Source: a virus
Taxonomy: Duplodnaviria; Caudoviricetes
Virus record (IMG/VR): IMGVR_UViG_3300033067_000858
Span: 1-27,966 of that record
Length of the DNA stretch: 27,966 bases
Direction: 5' to 3' (one strand)
Numbering within the stretch: position 1 is the first letter of the stretch; each line of letters starts with the position of its first letter. The notes beneath the pieces are model-generated. The model was given only the letters and a program-made list of their open reading frames with translations, was not told where the DNA came from and searched no databases. Positions 24,736 through 27,966 of the stretch are shown piece by piece. The position numbers were made by a program, and so were the translations under genes.

Positions 24736-25059
24736 TCAGGCGGGGACGTTCGACGGCAGCGTCGGCGCCTCAGGCCGGAAGACGAGAAACGACCACGACT
24801 CGGACGCCGCATCGACCGAACCAGCCGTCGGGTTGACGAAGGTCAGCGCCAGCGTATCCGCAGCGGACACGCGAGCATTGACCACGCCGACGCCGGCCGT
24901 GTTCGTGGGCTTCTGAGAAATCACGAAGTCGCCGACCTTGAGGCCGAGAACCGTCGTGGTCTGTTCCGCCGTGGTTGCCGTCGCGACAGCGGCCGGGTTG
25001 AACGTGACCGTGATCGCGAACATGCGCGCGATGTTGCCGCGCGGGAGAATGCTGCTCAT
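24736..25059 (-). CDS. Putative capsid decoration protein
   Basis: AGGAG RBS, ATG 25059; V.GLKVGDFV...ARVSAADTL...NPT; directly after the coat gene. Confidence 0.65.
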   Translation of the reverse strand: MSSILPRGNIARMFAITVTFNPAAVATATTAEQTTTVLGLKVGDFVISQKPTNTAGVGVVNARVSAADTLALTFVNPTAGSVDAASESWSFLVFRPEAPTLPSNVPA

Positions 25060-25079
25060 AGTGGCTCCTGTATGGAATG

Positions 25080-25099
25080 CCGGGGGCCGAAGCCCCCGG
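25080..25099 (-). terminator. UUCG-capped hairpin after coat gene
   Basis: CCGGGGGC-TTCG-GCCCCCGG; no clear U-tract, so partial terminator or stabilizer. Confidence 0.55.
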
Positions 25100-25106
25100 T
25101 GGATCA

Positions 25107-26303
25107 TCAGCCGTAGACCACCACGCCCCACTCGGGGCGGACGACCTTGATGCCGTACAGGATGTCGAAGCGCCCGATGAAGTTGTCGTTCGTGCCGTCG
25201 TAGAACCGCACGAAGCGCAGCGACAGGCCGTCCATGTTGGCACGGTAGGACATGTCCACGCCCTTGGGCATTTCCAGGTCCGCCGTCGCAAGCACCGTCG
25301 AGTCACGATGGAGCGCGATGTTGCGCGGGTAGGCCGTCGAGGCGGTGCCCACGAACGTGATCGCAGCGTTGTCCGCAATCGTGCCGCTGATGTTCTGATA
25401 GGCGCCCGAGAAGTAGAGCGGCTGGCTGATGGTGACCGTGCCGGAGCCGCCCGCGTAGGCGGCAGCGACAGTGAACACCTTCAATTGGCCCGTACTCTGC
25501 TTCGTGTCCGGGTTGACCTCGGTCAGCGAGCCAATCGTGAACTGATCGCCAACAACCATCGCGCCCGTGCCGGTATCAACGACAATCGACGTGGTGCCGT
25601 TGGTCGAGACGGCGCCGTTCACGAGGTAGCCCGTGTTGCGGGCACCGGCGGTGATGACGTTCACCGATTGGTCCATCATGAACTGGAATCCGGTCATCGA
25701 CTCCATGACGCCGCTGTTGTACTGATCGGCGATCTTCGGGCCCGCGTGGAACAGTCCTTTTTGAGCGTCAACAGTCGCAGCCATCGCGGTAGGCGACAGG
25801 ATCACAGCGCGGTTGCCGTCACGAGGAGCGGTCATCCAGTCCAGACGCTCGCCGGCTTGGCCGTAGGTCAGGAAGCTGGACGGCGTGGTGCCAGGCGTGC
25901 CGACGTAGTTGGTGAACGCACCGGCCATGGCCGTGTTCACGTCATACGCGACCGTCGAGGCAAGCACCGACATCGCCGGCTTGAGGATGCGGCTGGAGAA
26001 GTCGTCGAGGCTCAGGGTCAGCTCGGAGCTGAAGAACTGCACCGGGACGTGTTTCTGCGTCGCAACCACGAGCGCGGTGGTCTGCTCGGTCGTGTCCTGC
26101 GGGGTGATGGTCCGACCCGTGCCGACCGTGTAGCGGTTCGGCAGACGGATCTGGAGCTGGCCGCCGTTTTTGGCGCCCGTGACGCCGAAGCGGTCGTCAT
26201 ACTGACGGTTGACCGCTTGCAGCGTGCTGTTCGCGTTCTTGAGAATCCGAAGCGCTTCGCGGGTGATGTCGCCGTCGGTTAGGGTCTTGATGGTGTTTGC
26301 CAT
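25107..26303 (-). CDS. Major capsid protein, P22 gp5-like
   Basis: MANT..T...ITREAL..L.N...VNRQYD..F...K.G..L.IRLP...RFDILYG....RPEW. Confidence 0.92.
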   Translation of the reverse strand: MANTIKTLTDGDITREALRILKNANSTLQAVNRQYDDRFGVTGAKNGGQLQIRLPNRYTVGTGRTITPQDTTEQTTALVVATQKHVPVQFFSSELTLSLDDFSSRILKPAMSVLASTVAYDVNTAMAGAFTNYVGTPGTTPSSFLTYGQAGERLDWMTAPRDGNRAVILSPTAMAATVDAQKGLFHAGPKIADQYNSGVMESMTGFQFMMDQSVNVITAGARNTGYLVNGAVSTNGTTSIVVDTGTGAMVVGDQFTIGSLTEVNPDTKQSTGQLKVFTVAAAYAGGSGTVTISQPLYFSGAYQNISGTIADNAAITFVGTASTAYPRNIALHRDSTVLATADLEMPKGVDMSYRANMDGLSLRFVRFYDGTNDNFIGRFDILYGIKVVRPEWGVVVYG

Positions 26304-26326
26304 GATCTTCCCCTTTCAGGGGTAAA

Positions 26327-27109
26327 TCAACGGCCTGACAGTGCCTTCTCTCGTCTACGAATCCACTCAGCGTCGCTGATTCCGGGTTCGTCGAGTCCGC
26401 CAGTGTCTGGAGCCGTCCCCCGCAGCGGCTTTAGTGGTGCCGGCGCGGAGCTTGTTTTGACCTTGGCGCCCTCGGATAGCCGGATTTCCAGCTTCCCCAG
26501 GCGCCGCCCGATTTGTGCCGGGCTCAGACCCTCAAACTCCGCAGCCTCATCCGGGTTCTGGCCGAGATACTGGATTAGTTGCGCCGGGTTGTCCGCGTCT
26601 AGCAGCGCCTCAAAAAACGGGGTTGGCCGCTTCTGTCGGTCTGCGAACGGGAGTTCCTCGCGCAGCGCTTCCAGCGCCTCCTCGAACCCTTCGAGCTTCT
26701 TTCCTGACTTCAGCACCTCGGCCGCTTTTTGGTTCAGCGTCTGGTGCCGGAGGATTTCGCGGGCCTTGTGCTCCGCAATTTCCTCGATGTCGGGCTGCTT
26801 CGTCGTCGTGTCTTCGCCGCCCCTGAGCTGGGCCAGTTGGGCTCTCAGCTCCGCGTTTTCCTGCGCGATCAGATCGCGCTCGCGGGCCGTTCCGCCTACC
26901 TTCCCACTCAGTCGCTCGATGCGCCTTTGCAGCTTCTTGATCGTCTTCTCGCCGGGATCGCCGTCTTCGGCTTTCTCGGGTACTTCCGACCGATCATCTG
27001 CGGGCTCATCCTGGGGAGCGATCCCAGTCTTCAGCTCGGGCTCAGCGTTTGCCTGTTCAGGCGCGCCGCCGGGGGCGCCTTGGGTCGTGTCGGTGCTCAT
27101 AGGCTCCAT
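26327..27109 (-). CDS. Scaffolding protein
   Basis: Acidic N-terminus, coiled coil, SSAPAPLKP, EWIRRRE C-terminus; upstream of coat. Confidence 0.85.
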   Translation of the reverse strand: MEPMSTDTTQGAPGGAPEQANAEPELKTGIAPQDEPADDRSEVPEKAEDGDPGEKTIKKLQRRIERLSGKVGGTARERDLIAQENAELRAQLAQLRGGEDTTTKQPDIEEIAEHKAREILRHQTLNQKAAEVLKSGKKLEGFEEALEALREELPFADRQKRPTPFFEALLDADNPAQLIQYLGQNPDEAAEFEGLSPAQIGRRLGKLEIRLSEGAKVKTSSAPAPLKPLRGTAPDTGGLDEPGISDAEWIRRREKALSGR

Positions 27110-27158
27110 GCACTGCGGTAACTCCCGCAGGTGAGTGAGCGCATACTAGCACGGATCG

Positions 27159-27965
27159 CTAGAGCATTTCAAGGAATAGCTCAATCACCTCCCGCTCCTC
27201 CGCTTCTTCAGCCGCGCGCGCCTCCTCGGCCAGCGCCTGCGCGATCTCTTGCGTCAGGATGGCTAGCAATCTCTCTTGGTTAGCAAGCGCTAACTTCGTT
27301 TTCTCTAGGCTTGCCTTGGCCTTTTCCTTGGCCGGCTGGCTCTTGGCGCGGGCGATGGCGCGCTGGCGTTCTTCTTCCTCCTCCTCCAGCGCCTTCAGCC
27401 GCTCGCGCTCGCGCTGCGCTCGGCGACGCATCTCGGCCACCATGGCGGCAATCGGCCAGCCTCCGGTGGCGTCTGCGCTAGCGGCGCCGGTCGAAATCCC
27501 GGACCTATTGCCGACCCAAGTCCATTGACCTGCCGCCGCGTTGACAACAACGAGCGACACGATGCCGCTTTGCGTGCCAGTCCACGACCAAACCCCAGGT
27601 GTAGCCGCTACGAGCCGGCGCAGCGTCGCTGCCGTGCCAACCCAGCTAAACGCGCCAGGCGTAGCCGCGACGAGGCGAGAACGCCCAACACTTGGCCCGG
27701 TCCATGTCCACGCGCCAGGCGTGGCATGCACGAGCCGCGACAGGCCCGAGGACGTGCCGGCCCAAGTGAACGCACCGGGGGTCGCGTTGACAGACCCGGC
27801 GACGCTAATCCCGGTTGTCGTGCCCGCCCATGTCCAGACGCCAGGTGTTGCGTTAGTCAGGCGCGAGCGGCCAACAGATACGCCGGCCCACGTCCACGCA
27901 CCGGGAGATGCAGATACGGCGCGACTAAGGGACGACGCAACGCCGGCCCATGTCCATGCTTCTGG
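27159..27965 (-). CDS. Repeat-containing protein, 5' end outside window
   Basis: Frame open to window edge; tandem A(T/S)PGxW(T/S)WxG repeats then a charged coiled coil. Confidence 0.75.
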   Translation of the reverse strand, partial: PEAWTWAGVASSLSRAVSASPGAWTWAGVSVGRSRLTNATPGVWTWAGTTTGISVAGSVNATPGAFTWAGTSSGLSRLVHATPGAWTWTGPSVGRSRLVAATPGAFSWVGTAATLRRLVAATPGVWSWTGTQSGIVSLVVVNAAAGQWTWVGNRSGISTGAASADATGGWPIAAMVAEMRRRAQRERERLKALEEEEEERQRAIARAKSQPAKEKAKASLEKTKLALANQERLLAILTQEIAQALAEEARAAEEAEEREVIELFLEML

Positions 27966-27966
27966 G

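Larger units (their letters stand above)
1..27966. mobile_element. P22-like (podovirus-type) phage or prophage genome fragment
   Basis: Coat, scaffold, gp4/gp10-like, ejection, tailspike, lysis, NinB and Rad52-like genes in tightly overlapping operons; no host housekeeping genes seen; no portal, terminase or integrase in window. Confidence 0.95.

Noticed and set aside
25077-27134. Long + strand ORFs opposite the coat and scaffold genes (and similar shadows elsewhere)
   Set aside because: Antisense shadows expected in high-GC coding DNA; no RBS or motifs.
1-27966. Integron integrase or attI site
   Set aside because: No ORF with a tyrosine-recombinase R-H-R-H-Y pattern was seen; attI cannot be recognised without intI.
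27530-27966. Repeats as CRISPR or DGR template/variable repeats
   Set aside because: Conservation is at amino-acid level with synonymous variation; no reverse transcriptase or cas gene in window.
1-27966. Frequent CTAG/TAG suggesting stop-codon reassignment
   Set aside because: Conserved genes are intact under the standard code and several end properly at TAG; no count was made to show enrichment.

Overview
A GC-rich fragment of a P22-like (short-tailed) phage genome, probably from a betaproteobacterial host. The right two-thirds (about 9.8-28 kb, minus strand) is one late-type gene block: repeat protein, scaffold, P22-gp5-like coat, gp4/gp10-like tail machine, three ejection proteins, a tailspike, a lysis module (holins, M15 endolysin, Rz-like spanin) and a nucleotide-metabolism cluster. 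A rightward block (5.8-9.8 kb) holds small ORFs plus Rad52/Sak-like, Ref/HNH-like and NinB recombination genes. A leftward block (1-5.7 kb) holds replication and accessory genes. The standout is in the first 3.5 kb: six complete integron attC sites and one half site, all co-oriented and keeping their extrahelical bases, separate phage-type genes into cassette units. Junction sequences fit real IntI-type insertion events, but no integrase is in the window. All cassette ORFs are antisense to the normal cassette orientation, and the attC DNA supplies their RBS, start codons, stop codons or C-termini. Other signals are a 15-bp promoter-associated motif (4 copies), a c4-like antisense RNA structure and a perfect 30-bp palindrome. 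All family calls come from motif recognition, not database searches.
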